The notes: a model not told the origin generated them from the sequence alone. A stretch of DNA of 64,000 bases from a virus (IMGVR_UViG_2660238492_000006:25679-89678), one strand, 5' to 3'; shown: positions 10,181-19,960, numbered from the stretch's first letter. Translations and numbers: made by a program.

Positions 10181-10233
10181 ATTGTACGATATTTTCTTAC
10201 ACATTGCAATAGTTTTGTAGGAAATTTTCTTAC
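10181..10233 (-). promoter_or_regulatory. SigA promoter with two operator-like palindromes
   Basis: TTGCAA-N17-TACAAT (10209-10181); GTAcgAtATTTTCTTAC at 10184-10200 and GTAggAaATTTTCTTAC at 10217-10233. Confidence 0.75.
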
Positions 10234-10340
10234 AAATATTTCGACAAAAAAGGATTAATAATAAACTTTATACTACACTATTCAATTTTCAAAGAACAAT
10301 TTTTTATTTAAGTTACTACATCATATATACATATTGCGAA

Positions 10341-10634
10341 CTAACTTAGTTTCAATTTTGTACCATATTCCTTATTGTGTATGTCTACTAATTTTTTAAC
10401 TTTTTCTATATAATCAACAAAATCATTTTTATCTTTTATAGCTTCATATTTTACTTTTGTCCCTTGCTTATTTGTCTTATATATTTTTTTAACCTTAAAT
10501 CCATCTTTGCATTTTTCTATATATAACCCTAATATCACTAAATCATAATCTTGCTTTTTATTTTCCTTAAATTCTAAATTAATTTTTGGATATGTTTCTG
10601 TAAATCCTAAAACGGATACTGCAGCATTATTCAT
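10341..10634 (-). CDS. Hypothetical early protein
   Basis: ORF track; co-oriented. Confidence 0.65.
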   Translation of the reverse strand: MNNAAVSVLGFTETYPKINLEFKENKKQDYDLVILGLYIEKCKDGFKVKKIYKTNKQGTKVKYEAIKDKNDFVDYIEKVKKLVDIHNKEYGTKLKLS

Positions 10635-10643
10635 TGCTCTACC

Positions 10644-10853
10644 TCACTTTATAATTTTTATTCCATACTTTATATAATCCTCTGCCAGTACGAAATGTTT
10701 ACATTCTGTTTTTCTATTAAGTCTTTTGCTATTATCAAAACTATAGTAATAACACTCTTCACAGTTAAAACAATCTTCTATACTACCTTTTCTGCTATAT
10801 AAACAATCTACATTGTTGGAACATTTATTGCATATGCAATTACATACAGGCAT
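10644..10853 (-). CDS. Cys-rich small early protein
   Basis: Multiple Cys motifs; AAAGGA RBS. Confidence 0.65.
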   Translation of the reverse strand: MPVCNCICNKCSNNVDCLYSRKGSIEDCFNCEECYYYSFDNSKRLNRKTECKHFVLAEDYIKYGIKIIK

Positions 10854-10888
10854 GTCTTACATCCTTTCTCTGACTATATTGTGTATTG

Positions 10889-11614
10889 TTAATTATCTAT
10901 ATCAAAATAAGTTTCTATATCATCATCACCCTCAATATCAATTATTATTGGAGTTTTATTGTAATAAATATTTGTGATTAATGACTCTATTTCCGTCATA
11001 TTTCCTAATTTAAATGTATTTTCTAATCGTTTATCCCCTATATACACAGTGTTCATGCTTCCTATTTTTTTATCATCTCTATCCGGATATACTGTAAACT
11101 CAATATAGTTTTCATCATCTCTGTAATATGATCTTTCAGGTTTTTCTCTTGCCATTTTATAAGTTATCCATCCATATTCAGACTCTTCTATATCAACCCA
11201 GAAGTTTTCTAATGAATACTTGTCTTCTTCATCAGTACTTTCATTCATATAATCTCTATATTTTTCAAATATCTCTGAAAGCTTTATATTTTCTCTTTTT
11301 ATAACCAATATGTCATTAAATGTTTTTTGAATTTTTTCTGCAACATCTTTCCTACATACTTCTTCAGTAATCATTTTTATTTTTTCTGCTATAAAACCGT
11401 TATAGCCAGTAAATCCTATTTCACTTACTACTTCTGAAACCTGCTTTTCTACTTTATCTTCTATTTGATGTTTTAAACTATAACTATCTAGTGCCCCTTC
11501 AATTCCTTTAATAATAGCTTTTTCAATATTTTCCTCTAGTACTTTTTCGATTGTATTATTTTCTTCCATTTCCTTTAACTTATTGTTTACAATTGCATTT
11601 ATATCTATATTCAT
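10889..11614 (-). CDS. Hypothetical acidic early protein
   Basis: 241-aa ORF; GAGGT RBS. Confidence 0.75.
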   Translation of the reverse strand: MNIDINAIVNNKLKEMEENNTIEKVLEENIEKAIIKGIEGALDSYSLKHQIEDKVEKQVSEVVSEIGFTGYNGFIAEKIKMITEEVCRKDVAEKIQKTFNDILVIKRENIKLSEIFEKYRDYMNESTDEEDKYSLENFWVDIEESEYGWITYKMAREKPERSYYRDDENYIEFTVYPDRDDKKIGSMNTVYIGDKRLENTFKLGNMTEIESLITNIYYNKTPIIIDIEGDDDIETYFDIDN

Positions 11615-11669
11615 AATTCTCTACCTCACTTTATTTTATTTTTTAATTTTTCTTCGTCATATCTGACTA

Positions 11670-11936
11670 TTATTTTTCATATTTCTTTCCACAAAACGGA
11701 CAATATGCATAACACATATTAACTTTTTCCTTCTTATGCTTAATCTCACCTTTTCTATTTTTATAGTCATACTCTATTACCATAAGTGAATATAATTGGC
11801 TTTGGCATCCTGCTTCTGTAAACATCAACGCTGCATTTTCTAAAGATACTTTGTTTACTTTTTCTATGTCTTCTCTTTTTTGAAATTTTTCTTCTATTCC
11901 TTTTTTTACTGATTCTATACAATCACATTTGCTCAT
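11670..11936 (-). CDS. Zn-binding early protein
   Basis: CDC and YCPFCG motifs. Confidence 0.7.
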   Translation of the reverse strand: MSKCDCIESVKKGIEEKFQKREDIEKVNKVSLENAALMFTEAGCQSQLYSLMVIEYDYKNRKGEIKHKKEKVNMCYAYCPFCGKKYEK

Positions 11937-12187
11937 TGATCAATCCCACTTTCCATAATTTCTTTCTTAAAATTTTCTAACTTTTCAATTTCTGCCTGGT
12001 GCTCTTTGATTTTTATATCAGTTATCTTTAAAGCCATAAATTTATTTGAATTAGAATAAGTTAATGAATAATTACCAAAGGAGCTGTATATATGCTGCTT
12101 TGATACTCCAAATTCTTTGGCTATCATTTCATAACTATATCCAGTTAAATCTTTTAACTTTTTAAATAACTCGTTTATTCTTGCCAT
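11933..12187 (-). CDS. HTH protein
   Basis: SYEMIAKEFGVSKQHIY. Confidence 0.75.
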   Translation of the reverse strand: MARINELFKKLKDLTGYSYEMIAKEFGVSKQHIYSSFGNYSLTYSNSNKFMALKITDIKIKEHQAEIEKLENFKKEIMESGIDQ

Positions 12188-12284
12188 TTTCTTATTTCCT
12201 CCTTTTGTTTTATTCTGTCAACTCATTCTCTTATTTCTTTGTTTTAAGTCAATTATTTACTACGCAATATCTGACTATTGTGTA

Positions 12285-12599
12285 CTATATTGCTACCATA
12301 CAAATTCCTTTATAACTATTTTGAAAGTGCCTAAATGAAAAGGAAAAATCAATGTTTTTGTATTCTTCTTTCAATTCTCTTAGTACAATTTCAGATATTT
12401 CATTTTCAAAGCCATATGTTACATTTCCATAAAAATCAACTGTAGTTGTTGTTTTTCCTTTTTCGATATTATCTTCAAATCTTTTAATACAAAGTTTTTT
12501 AAAATTATTAACTTCTTTTCGTATTGTTTTATTTCTTATTCTTTCAGCCTTCTCTTTATAAGAAAAATCACTTTTAGATTTCAAAAAACCAAATAACAT
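12285..12599 (-). CDS. Hypothetical early protein
   Basis: ORF track; AGGAGG RBS. Confidence 0.7.
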   Translation of the reverse strand: MLFGFLKSKSDFSYKEKAERIRNKTIRKEVNNFKKLCIKRFEDNIEKGKTTTTVDFYGNVTYGFENEISEIVLRELKEEYKNIDFSFSFRHFQNSYKGICMVAI

Positions 12600-12626
12600 T
12601 TATTTCCTCCTTTTTCTCATTTTGTG

Positions 12627-12872
12627 CTAGTCTTCATCAACATTATTTCTATATTCTTCTTCTGAAATTGAAGTTATATATTTTATATTTCCATCAATTT
12701 TCCCAGCTATAGCTTTTATATAGATTCTTTCAAGTTCCTTAATTTGTTCATCATTAGGCATTTTTCCAACTGTTAATGTACAACAAGAATACACTTCTCC
12801 ATAATTCCCATCTTCATCTATTGCCATTTTAAGTTCTTTCCCTAATTTAAAATAAAACTTTAGTTCAATCAT
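12627..12872 (-). CDS. Hypothetical early protein
   Basis: ORF track; GAGGT RBS. Confidence 0.65.
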   Translation of the reverse strand: MIELKFYFKLGKELKMAIDEDGNYGEVYSCCTLTVGKMPNDEQIKELERIYIKAIAGKIDGNIKYITSISEEEYRNNVDED

Positions 12873-13035
12873 TGCTTTTTACCTCATTTTCTTTAATTTC
12901 TAATTTCCATCCACACTTACATTCAATACTTGCTTCACTTTCATCAGACTTAAAACCGTCACACATCATTGTTTTTCCACATTTAGGACAAGTTGAATAT
13001 GCTCTCATAAGTCTTATTATTGTTTCAATTATCAT
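12865..13035 (-). CDS. 56-aa Zn-ribbon protein (not in the ORF track)
   Basis: MIIETIIRLMRAYSTCPKCG...IECKCGWKLEI; GAGGT RBS. Confidence 0.65.
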   Translation of the reverse strand: MIIETIIRLMRAYSTCPKCGKTMMCDGFKSDESEASIECKCGWKLEIKENEVKSND

Positions 13036-13112
13036 TACTTTACCTCGTTATTTATAAACTGTTATAAATTAATATTAATATTAAATATTAATATATAGTT
13101 TTGATATTAATA

Positions 13113-13532
13113 TTAAAATGGCATATCTCCATCATCTACTGGAGTTATATCTTCTTCAAAATTGAAATTTTCAAATGGATTATTAGTTGTTGAATTATTT
13201 GAGACTCCTGCACTATTTGACTTGCTTAAAAATTTTACTTCTGTAGCAACTACTTCTGTAACATACCTTTTAGTTCCATCTTTAGCTTCATAATTTCTTG
13301 TTTGAATTCTACCACTTATAGCCATTTGGCTACCCTTTACCATGTAATTTGCTGTGCTTTCGGCTTGTTTACCCCATACAACCACTGGTACAAAGTCCGC
13401 TTCTTTTTGACCAGACTTAGAATTATACTTATCAACTGCTAATGTTAATTTAGTAACTGCTGTTCCTGCTCCTGGCGTAAATTTCAATTCAGGATCTTTT
13501 GTCAATCTTCCGATAAGAACTACTTTATTCAT
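13113..13532 (-). CDS. ssb: Single-stranded DNA-binding protein
   Basis: MNKVVLIGRLTKDPEL OB-fold; acidic DDGDMPF tail. Confidence 0.97.
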   Translation of the reverse strand: MNKVVLIGRLTKDPELKFTPGAGTAVTKLTLAVDKYNSKSGQKEADFVPVVVWGKQAESTANYMVKGSQMAISGRIQTRNYEAKDGTKRYVTEVVATEVKFLSKSNSAGVSNNSTTNNPFENFNFEEDITPVDDGDMPF

Positions 13533-14406
13533 CTTCTTTATTCTCCCAACCTAATAGTTTTTTTTCTAAATTGTCATAGTCATATTCTCTTGATTTAAAA
13601 TTATCAAATCTTAAAGGTGCTTTTTCATTTTTAGCTTTTTTACCTAATTCTCTTTTTTTATCTTCATAATTGCATTCTAATACTTTAATAAAATTGTTAG
13701 GTTTTATTAGCCAATCAAAAGTTATTACCCATGATTTATTATTTTGACCTTTAAGGAAAGAGCTACTCTTTATATTACTAATAGCTTTTAATACATTTTC
13801 AATTCCATATTCTTTGATTCTTGCATTAAGTAACTTATATCTATTAGTACCAGCTTTTATAGATATAACCCTTTGTAATCCTAACAAATTCCATGCATCT
13901 ATTATTGGTTGCACTTTAGTGCTACTAACTATATCTTTAGATATAGTATTATCTATATCTATCTTTATATCTATATCTATATCTGTGTTACTTTTTGTTA
14001 CTTGATTGTTACATTGTAACGCCCTAACTTCTTTTTGCTTTTTTTCTTTTTCTCTAAGTGCTCTTACTCTTGATGCACTTTCACCTTCACTTCCAATCAT
14101 ATTTTGTGTTGCAACCATAAATAATTTTCCATCGTCCCATTGTTCCATTAGACCTAATTGGGTTAATATATCTACTGCAACTTTTACAGTATCAACATTA
14201 GTATTTGTAATGCTTGCTAACATATTTGGTGTGAATGGTATGCAACCATTAAAGATTAAAATCCCATCTGTTGATACTGATTTTAATAAAAGTTTCATAT
14301 AAAAAATTATATAATCTTTTCCGTTAGGCATATTTTCTAAGATTTTAATTTCATCTCTTTCAAAAAAATCTTCTTTAAGTCTTAACCAATAATATCTTTT
14401 TGCCAT
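13525..14406 (-). CDS. Phage replication initiator (replisome organiser N-terminal domain)
   Basis: KRYYWLRLKEDFF N-terminus, DIDIDI linker, FDWLIKPNNF C-terminal domain. Confidence 0.9.
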   Translation of the reverse strand: MAKRYYWLRLKEDFFERDEIKILENMPNGKDYIIFYMKLLLKSVSTDGILIFNGCIPFTPNMLASITNTNVDTVKVAVDILTQLGLMEQWDDGKLFMVATQNMIGSEGESASRVRALREKEKKQKEVRALQCNNQVTKSNTDIDIDIKIDIDNTISKDIVSSTKVQPIIDAWNLLGLQRVISIKAGTNRYKLLNARIKEYGIENVLKAISNIKSSSFLKGQNNKSWVITFDWLIKPNNFIKVLECNYEDKKRELGKKAKNEKAPLRFDNFKSREYDYDNLEKKLLGWENKEDE

Positions 14407-14421
14407 AGCTTTCCCCTTTTG

Positions 14422-14721
14422 TTATAATGAAATAGAATTATTTGTATTTGCTATCAAGATATTTTTTTCAGCATACTTTTTCTTGGTAGCTTTTACTCTT
14501 ACTCTTAAATATTCTCCATCTACTCTATAAATTTCTCCTAACTCATTCCATGTATGGTCTGTTTTTAATTCCTCTAATTTATTTATTTCTTTTTCACTTA
14601 AACAAATTTTCTTATTTCTTTTTTCTATTTTTTTAGGTTTTATTCCTAATAATCCAAGTGTTTTTTCAGCACTATTTTTTGATATTATAGATGCGTATAA
14701 CGCTAACCAATTTTCTTTCAT
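14422..14721 (-). CDS. Hypothetical HTH-like early protein
   Basis: ORF track; TWNELGEIYRV. Confidence 0.6.
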   Translation of the reverse strand: MKENWLALYASIISKNSAEKTLGLLGIKPKKIEKRNKKICLSEKEINKLEELKTDHTWNELGEIYRVDGEYLRVRVKATKKKYAEKNILIANTNNSISL

Positions 14722-15039
14722 TTCTAGCAGCTCCTTTCTAAGTAAATTTCTTTTGCTTTTTTAAAAGCATCTTTATATCCCATTCCTTGAATATATAATT
14801 CTTGTGTTTTCTTTGCTATAGCTCTATCAAGCTTGTCTTTTTTTTCTGCATAAATTGCTAACTTACCCAATTAATTTCCTCCTAAAATTTTTCTTTGTTC
14901 TACTACTATATAAGAATCTAGTTTTTGACTTAATTTAATTGTTATATACGCATTCCTTCCATTTTCCTTAATACTTTTTATTAATTTTTCTCTTAACTCC
15001 TCCATTATTAATACCTCTAATCCAATTAGCACTATAGTG

Positions 15040-15234
15040 CTAATTGGCTTCTTTTTTTATTACATTTCTTGTAAACACCATAGCATGCATAACAGCTAAT
15101 ACATATTCTTGGCATTCTGTTGGTATTTGACTTGCTTCATCAACAATTTTACTTATATAACTTTGTTGCATTTCTTTAGTTTCCATCAAAACACTTCCTT
15201 TCCGTTTTTGTATTATAAATACATAATATACCAT
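15040..15234 (-). CDS. Small first early gene (start probably ATG 15186)
   Basis: Divergent from the repressor; AAGGAAG RBS before METKEM. Confidence 0.55.
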   Translation of the reverse strand: MVYYVFIIQKRKGSVLMETKEMQQSYISKIVDEASQIPTECQEYVLAVMHAMVFTRNVIKKEAN

Positions 15235-15315
15235 AGTTTTTGTATTGTCAAACCATTTTGTCGTATTTTTATTGTATTTTTAATACACAATTGTATTGAC
15301 AATACAATTGTGTAT
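15209..15315. promoter_or_regulatory. Phage A immunity operators TGTATT-N3-AATACA
   Basis: Copies at 15209-15223, 15273-15287 and 15292-15306, degenerate copy at 15241; perfect 33-bp palindrome at 15283-15315. Confidence 0.7.
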
Positions 15316-15346
15316 ATATATAATTATTTATGTTGGAGGTGATGAT

Positions 15347-15691
15347 TTGAATATTGGAACTAGACTAAAAAAGGCTAGAAAATTTAGGGGAATATCTCAG
15401 ACATGCTTAGCGGAACATTTAGGTTTCTCTAGGGGAGTTATAACTAATATTGAAAGTAATAAAACAGTTCCATCTCAGCTTATTTTAGAAGGTATATGTC
15501 AATTGCTTAATATAAATAAAGATTGGTTACTAACTGGTAACGGTGAAATGGATTATAAACAAGTTTCAAAAACTGTAAAAATATTAAGTGAAATAAATGA
15601 AACGGCAAAAGAACTTTCTATTGACGAACAATTATATATACTAGATTTAATTAACACTTTCAAAAAGCATAAAGAATGCTTTAAAAAGTAA
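15347..15691 (+). CDS. XRE-family phage repressor
   Basis: HTH_3 with INKDWLLTGNGEM; TTG start after GGAGGTGA. Confidence 0.88.
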   Translation: MNIGTRLKKARKFRGISQTCLAEHLGFSRGVITNIESNKTVPSQLILEGICQLLNINKDWLLTGNGEMDYKQVSKTVKILSEINETAKELSIDEQLYILDLINTFKKHKECFKK

Positions 15692-15963
15692 TATTTCCCC
15701 AAAAGAGTAACACAAAGTTGTTGCTCTTTTTATCTGTAATATATTCTCTTTTTAAAATGTTTTAGCATTTTAAATTTAAATTATTCAAATTACATATAGT
15801 TAATTTATTAATTTTTCGCTCGAGCACATTAATAATTTTAGCAGATTCAAACTCCGCAATAGCGGAGTTGTTCGACTTTTTATCCATTTTTCCAACATTT
15901 TCCCCTTGTTTTTATGTATATAAATGTCGAAAATATAGTAAAGACTTCTATTGATGGTGAATA

Positions 15964-16173
15964 ATGCTGAAAATTAGATTGAAAAAATTAAGGTTAGAAA
16001 AAAATCTTACACAAAAAGAGCTTGCAAAAATAAGTAGAGTTGGAAAAAGTACAATTTCAGATATAGAGAATAATTTAAAATCACCTAGATTAGTTACCAT
16101 TTATAAGTTAGCAAAAGCATTAAATATAAGCTGGAAAAAGTTAATTTATGATGATGATAACGACATTAATTAA
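15964..16173 (+). CDS. XRE HTH regulator
   Basis: LTQKELAKISRVGKSTISDIEN. Confidence 0.9.
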   Translation: MLKIRLKKLRLEKNLTQKELAKISRVGKSTISDIENNLKSPRLVTIYKLAKALNISWKKLIYDDDNDIN

Positions 16174-16274
16174 TGTTTTTTAGTTTATTAAAGACATAAA
16201 ATATGACATTTCTATATTTATTAATATAATAGTTTAAACTTATTGGATTGAAACTATTATATTAGGAGAAAAAA

Positions 16275-16568
16275 ATGACTTTTGGAGATAGATTAAAGGA
16301 ACTAAGAGAAGATAATGGATTACGTCAAACTGAATTAGCTGATAAATTAAATTTATCTAGAAATGCAATAAGTGCTTACGAAACAAATACTAATGAACCT
16401 AATTTAGATATTTTGGTTAAATTTGCAGATATATTTAACGTAAGCTTAGATTATCTTTTATGTAGAACTAAAGAAAAATATAATTTAAATTTAGAAAATA
16501 ACACCAACAAGGAACTTTTATTAAAGATATGTGATATTTTGAGCTTATATAAAATAGAAAAAAAGTAG
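16275..16568 (+). CDS. XRE HTH regulator
   Basis: GDRLKELRE...FNVSLDYLL. Confidence 0.9.
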   Translation: MTFGDRLKELREDNGLRQTELADKLNLSRNAISAYETNTNEPNLDILVKFADIFNVSLDYLLCRTKEKYNLNLENNTNKELLLKICDILSLYKIEKK

Positions 16569-16622
16569 TTATATTATATATTTTAATTAACTACTTTTTC
16601 TCTTTATTTTAAATTGTTAAAT

Positions 16623-18917
16623 TTAGTGTGGTAATTTAGTAATAAATTTTGCATATCCATCATTACATTTTATAAGATTTAAACTATAGTATCTTTTTAG
16701 GTTTAATAGATCATCTAATTCGAAAGGTTCTAATTCTTGTTTTAACTCTAAATAATTATCTTTATTGCATCCTGCAATAAGCATATAGCTTGTATTAGCA
16801 CTTTTTAATTCTGGTCTTATATATTTTATTTGCTCTAAACTATGACAGCTTATAATTGATTTTGCTGTTTTTTTAGCAATTTGATTAAGTTTAATTTTTA
16901 AAAATGTTTGGCAACAAGGGACTTGATATAATTCATCAAAAAACAGATTTACTTTTACTCTATCTTCTTCTTTTAATATGCTATGCCTTTGTTGTAATGC
17001 TCCCCATATCTTATTAATCCAATAAGTACAGTATACATCTTTTTCTTCATCTGTACTAAACATTGTTTCTTTCATTTTTAAACAAATAAGTTGATTCTTT
17101 TGCATTTCTTGTACTAGATTTATATTATTGCTGCAATCTTTTTTTAACATTAATTCCATATAAACATTACTTTTAATAACATCCAATCTATTTAAAATTC
17201 CTTGAATATATGAAACCTTAGTACCTACAACTTGTGGTTCTTTGGTTTTACACCAATCATCTAATTCTTGCAATGCTAATACATATTCTTCTAAGTTACT
17301 TCTTTGAGTAGATTGTATTTTATCTATAAATTGCCTTCTAATTTTATAATCTTCTAATACATTAAATACATCTTTAATACTTCCGTTACTTATAAAGACA
17401 ACTAAACTACTTGCTTTTAAATATCTATTCATACGTGGCTCTAATTCATTATCTATATTAATAGAATTAATAAAATTAACTAATTGTGCTGTTTGCATTT
17501 TAGCACTTTTATATACTTCAAAAGTATTATTACTATCTGCAAATATTTCATTAAAGCCTAATCCTTGTAATTCATCAAAATTTGAGCAATCAATATTTAA
17601 TATTTTCTTTTTATCAATTGCATAACTAACATCATTGGAAAACTCACACTCTCCACAAAAGTCAAATATTATTGAACACTCATTATTATCTATAGAATCT
17701 TTTACTAAATGTTTTAATAATGTAGTTTTTCCGCTTCTTGTAGGAGCAATAGCACATAATGTTAAATTCCTAAAATCCTTATCTGTACTTAAATATGCTT
17801 TTGAACTTTTCCCCTTACATATATTTGAACCTATACACATAGTTCCTTCCAACAACTCTACAGGAATTGGAGTTTCTGTTGTTTCTATATGATTTATTTT
17901 AAAATCTTTTAGTAGGTGATCTGCTGGTATCTGAATAAAATTTTGACATTCATCACTAGAGCACATATTTATATCTATTTTATAATCATAATCTTCTATG
18001 TTTATTGTTTTTTTAACTTTTTTATATATTAACTCATTATCCTCAGATAAGACATTATAAGATTGACATATACTTAAAGCGTTATTCTCTTGTCTAGTTT
18101 TATCAATGCTGTCTGAAATAACTGCAATCTGAGTATTAATTATAGTAGCTTCTTTCTTTTTCTTTGTATTTTTAGATGTATCATTTTGTTGTCCTATAAT
18201 AGACATAACATTTTTATACAAGCTTTCATTATCTTTATTAGTGTTTCCTCCTGTAAAGTCTTGTAATACTTCTAAAATGCAATCTAGTGTAGTTAAAACA
18301 GTACCTAAAATAGCCTTTAATATATATTCAAAACTTGTTATTTTCTTTTCAAGTGGTTTATTATTCTTAACCTTATTTTCCATTTCTTCATAGCGTTCTT
18401 TCCAACCAATTTGGCGTATAGGCATAAAATTATAAGCTATTCTTAATCTATCTGTATCTTGCATTATATCCATTACATTTAAAATAGAATTTAATGGTTC
18501 ATTATTTGTTTTATTTACATTCAGACTAAGCGCATCATCTTTTTTATAGTTTAATGAATAAGTAGTAGAATTTACTGAAAATGTTGGTATATCTTCTACT
18601 TCTTTTATAGTAGCTTTTGACCATATTTCACTAATTTTTTCTAAAATTATAGATTTATAGATAACTGGAACTAAAAAATAGAAATTAGCATTATTCTTTT
18701 CTATATCAATAATATAAGATATTTTAAAGTTAGTTTCTATAAATATCTTTTTTTGTTCCTTATGAACACGTTTATTAATGCTTTTATATGTGTGTGAAAT
18801 AGCTTTGGCAATATTGCTTGAATTATAATTCCTAATAGATCTGTGTGGTACTATTTGAATATATGTGTATGTTGGATTGATTAATTGAAAATAATTACTT
18901 AATTTTATAGCTTCCAT
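16623..18917 (-). CDS. Large P-loop ATPase, FtsK/HerA superfamily (VirD4/VirB4-like)
   Basis: Walker A APTRSGKT, Walker B LFFDE followed by an ISCHSLEQ strand; long N-terminal extension. Confidence 0.75.
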   Translation of the reverse strand: MEAIKLSNYFQLINPTYTYIQIVPHRSIRNYNSSNIAKAISHTYKSINKRVHKEQKKIFIETNFKISYIIDIEKNNANFYFLVPVIYKSIILEKISEIWSKATIKEVEDIPTFSVNSTTYSLNYKKDDALSLNVNKTNNEPLNSILNVMDIMQDTDRLRIAYNFMPIRQIGWKERYEEMENKVKNNKPLEKKITSFEYILKAILGTVLTTLDCILEVLQDFTGGNTNKDNESLYKNVMSIIGQQNDTSKNTKKKKEATIINTQIAVISDSIDKTRQENNALSICQSYNVLSEDNELIYKKVKKTINIEDYDYKIDINMCSSDECQNFIQIPADHLLKDFKINHIETTETPIPVELLEGTMCIGSNICKGKSSKAYLSTDKDFRNLTLCAIAPTRSGKTTLLKHLVKDSIDNNECSIIFDFCGECEFSNDVSYAIDKKKILNIDCSNFDELQGLGFNEIFADSNNTFEVYKSAKMQTAQLVNFINSINIDNELEPRMNRYLKASSLVVFISNGSIKDVFNVLEDYKIRRQFIDKIQSTQRSNLEEYVLALQELDDWCKTKEPQVVGTKVSYIQGILNRLDVIKSNVYMELMLKKDCSNNINLVQEMQKNQLICLKMKETMFSTDEEKDVYCTYWINKIWGALQQRHSILKEEDRVKVNLFFDELYQVPCCQTFLKIKLNQIAKKTAKSIISCHSLEQIKYIRPELKSANTSYMLIAGCNKDNYLELKQELEPFELDDLLNLKRYYSLNLIKCNDGYAKFITKLPH

Positions 18918-19114
18918 TATTTTAAACCTAATTTTAATGCTTGTAATAAAAAATTAATTGCAAAACTTATACTTGCAACTCTTCCTGCCTTCTTTTGTCC
19001 TGCCATATACAAGATTATAGCAATCATGCAAACATACAAACATATCCAATAACTCATTCCTATAAATTCTAAAGCTGTAGATGTTCCTAATTTAATGAAA
19101 AAATTCTTAATCAT
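18917..19114 (-). CDS. Small two-TM membrane protein
   Basis: Two hydrophobic segments; translationally coupled to both neighbours by TAATG overlaps. Confidence 0.75.
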   Translation of the reverse strand: MIKNFFIKLGTSTALEFIGMSYWICLYVCMIAIILYMAGQKKAGRVASISFAINFLLQALKLGLK

Positions 19115-19518
19115 TAAAATGCCTCCCTTACCAATCCAAACATATATGGCATTAAATATAAACTTGCATATATTAGAAGATATTTCATAATTATTTTTCC
19201 AATTTCTGCTGTATTATTTCCACCTCGCATAGATGTTTTAACTATTTCAGCAAGTGCAGACAATAATGCAATCCAATACCCTACTCTTTGTAAAATATTT
19301 AAAAATGTATTTCCTAATTTATCTACTGATTCTAAATCAACTGCTAAAACATGGGTAGGATTATTTATTAAAAATAATGTTGTTCCAATCCCTATTATTA
19401 ATTCTTTTTTAAATCTTTTTCCATCTTTTAATCCTAAATTTTCTAACTTTATATCTAATGTACTTTTGTTGTTATTTTTCCAATTTAAGTATTGTTCATG
19501 GTTCATTACTATTTCCAT
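19114..19518 (-). CDS. Membrane protein, TrbC/VirB2 pilin-like
   Basis: Signal-like segment ending in VLA, then two TM helices joined by a basic Gly loop. Confidence 0.6.
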   Translation of the reverse strand: MEIVMNHEQYLNWKNNNKSTLDIKLENLGLKDGKRFKKELIIGIGTTLFLINNPTHVLAVDLESVDKLGNTFLNILQRVGYWIALLSALAEIVKTSMRGGNNTAEIGKIIMKYLLIYASLYLMPYMFGLVREAF

Positions 19519-19582
19519 AAAACCTCCGAATAAAAATTAATTGATTGGTTAAAATATAAATATTAAAAGGATGGTGATTAAA

Positions 19583-19660
19583 ATGACAATACCATTTGCA
19601 ATTACAGTAGGATATACTATTGCATACGGAGTTGCTTGTTTTGCAGTTTATTTTTTATAA
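19583..19660 (+). CDS. 25-aa hydrophobic peptide (not in the ORF track)
   Basis: MTIPFAITVGYTIAYGVACFAVYFL after an AAGGATGGTGA RBS. Confidence 0.55.
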   Translation: MTIPFAITVGYTIAYGVACFAVYFL

Positions 19661-19740
19661 ATTTCTTAATATTTGTAACAATTAAATATATACTTGCATA
19701 TACTTAACGTATACACGTATACGAGAAGTTACTTAGCTAT

Positions 19741-19773
19741 AGTCTACCAACAATTGGTAGACTTATTTTTTTT
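19741..19773 (+). terminator. Intrinsic terminator
   Basis: agtctaccaa-caa-ttggtagact followed by a T-run. Confidence 0.85.
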
Positions 19774-19804
19774 ATAAAGAATATATAAATTTATATAAAA
19801 TTAA

Positions 19805-19960
19805 CTATCTTTTCTCTTTTTCTTCTTGCTCCATTATATCTCTCAAAATTGATTTTATAAAAGCAGACTTATATTTATTTTTACAAATCCAATTATATAA
19901 TTTTAAATCATCTATATCTTTTTTAAAACTTAATGGTATAAGTAACGGTTTATCACTCAT
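19805..19960 (-). CDS. 51-aa ribbon-helix-helix-like protein (not in the ORF track)
   Basis: MSDKPLLIPLSFKKDIDDLKLYNWI...KSAFIKSILRDIM; AGGAGGT RBS. Confidence 0.7.
   Translation of the reverse strand: MSDKPLLIPLSFKKDIDDLKLYNWICKNKYKSAFIKSILRDIMEQEEKEKR

Larger units (their letters stand above)
1..16568 (-). mobile_element. Temperate phage A (head/packaging, early, replication and immunity modules; continues left of the window)
   Basis: Co-oriented portal, terminase, SSB and initiator genes, with a divergent XRE repressor cluster at 15.3-16.6 kb. Confidence 0.9.

Noticed and set aside
15283-15315. 33-bp palindrome as a protelomerase target or as a member of the 24-bp site family
   Set aside because: No protelomerase seen, the spacer length differs, and it is better explained by adjacent TGTATT-N3-AATACA operators in the immunity region
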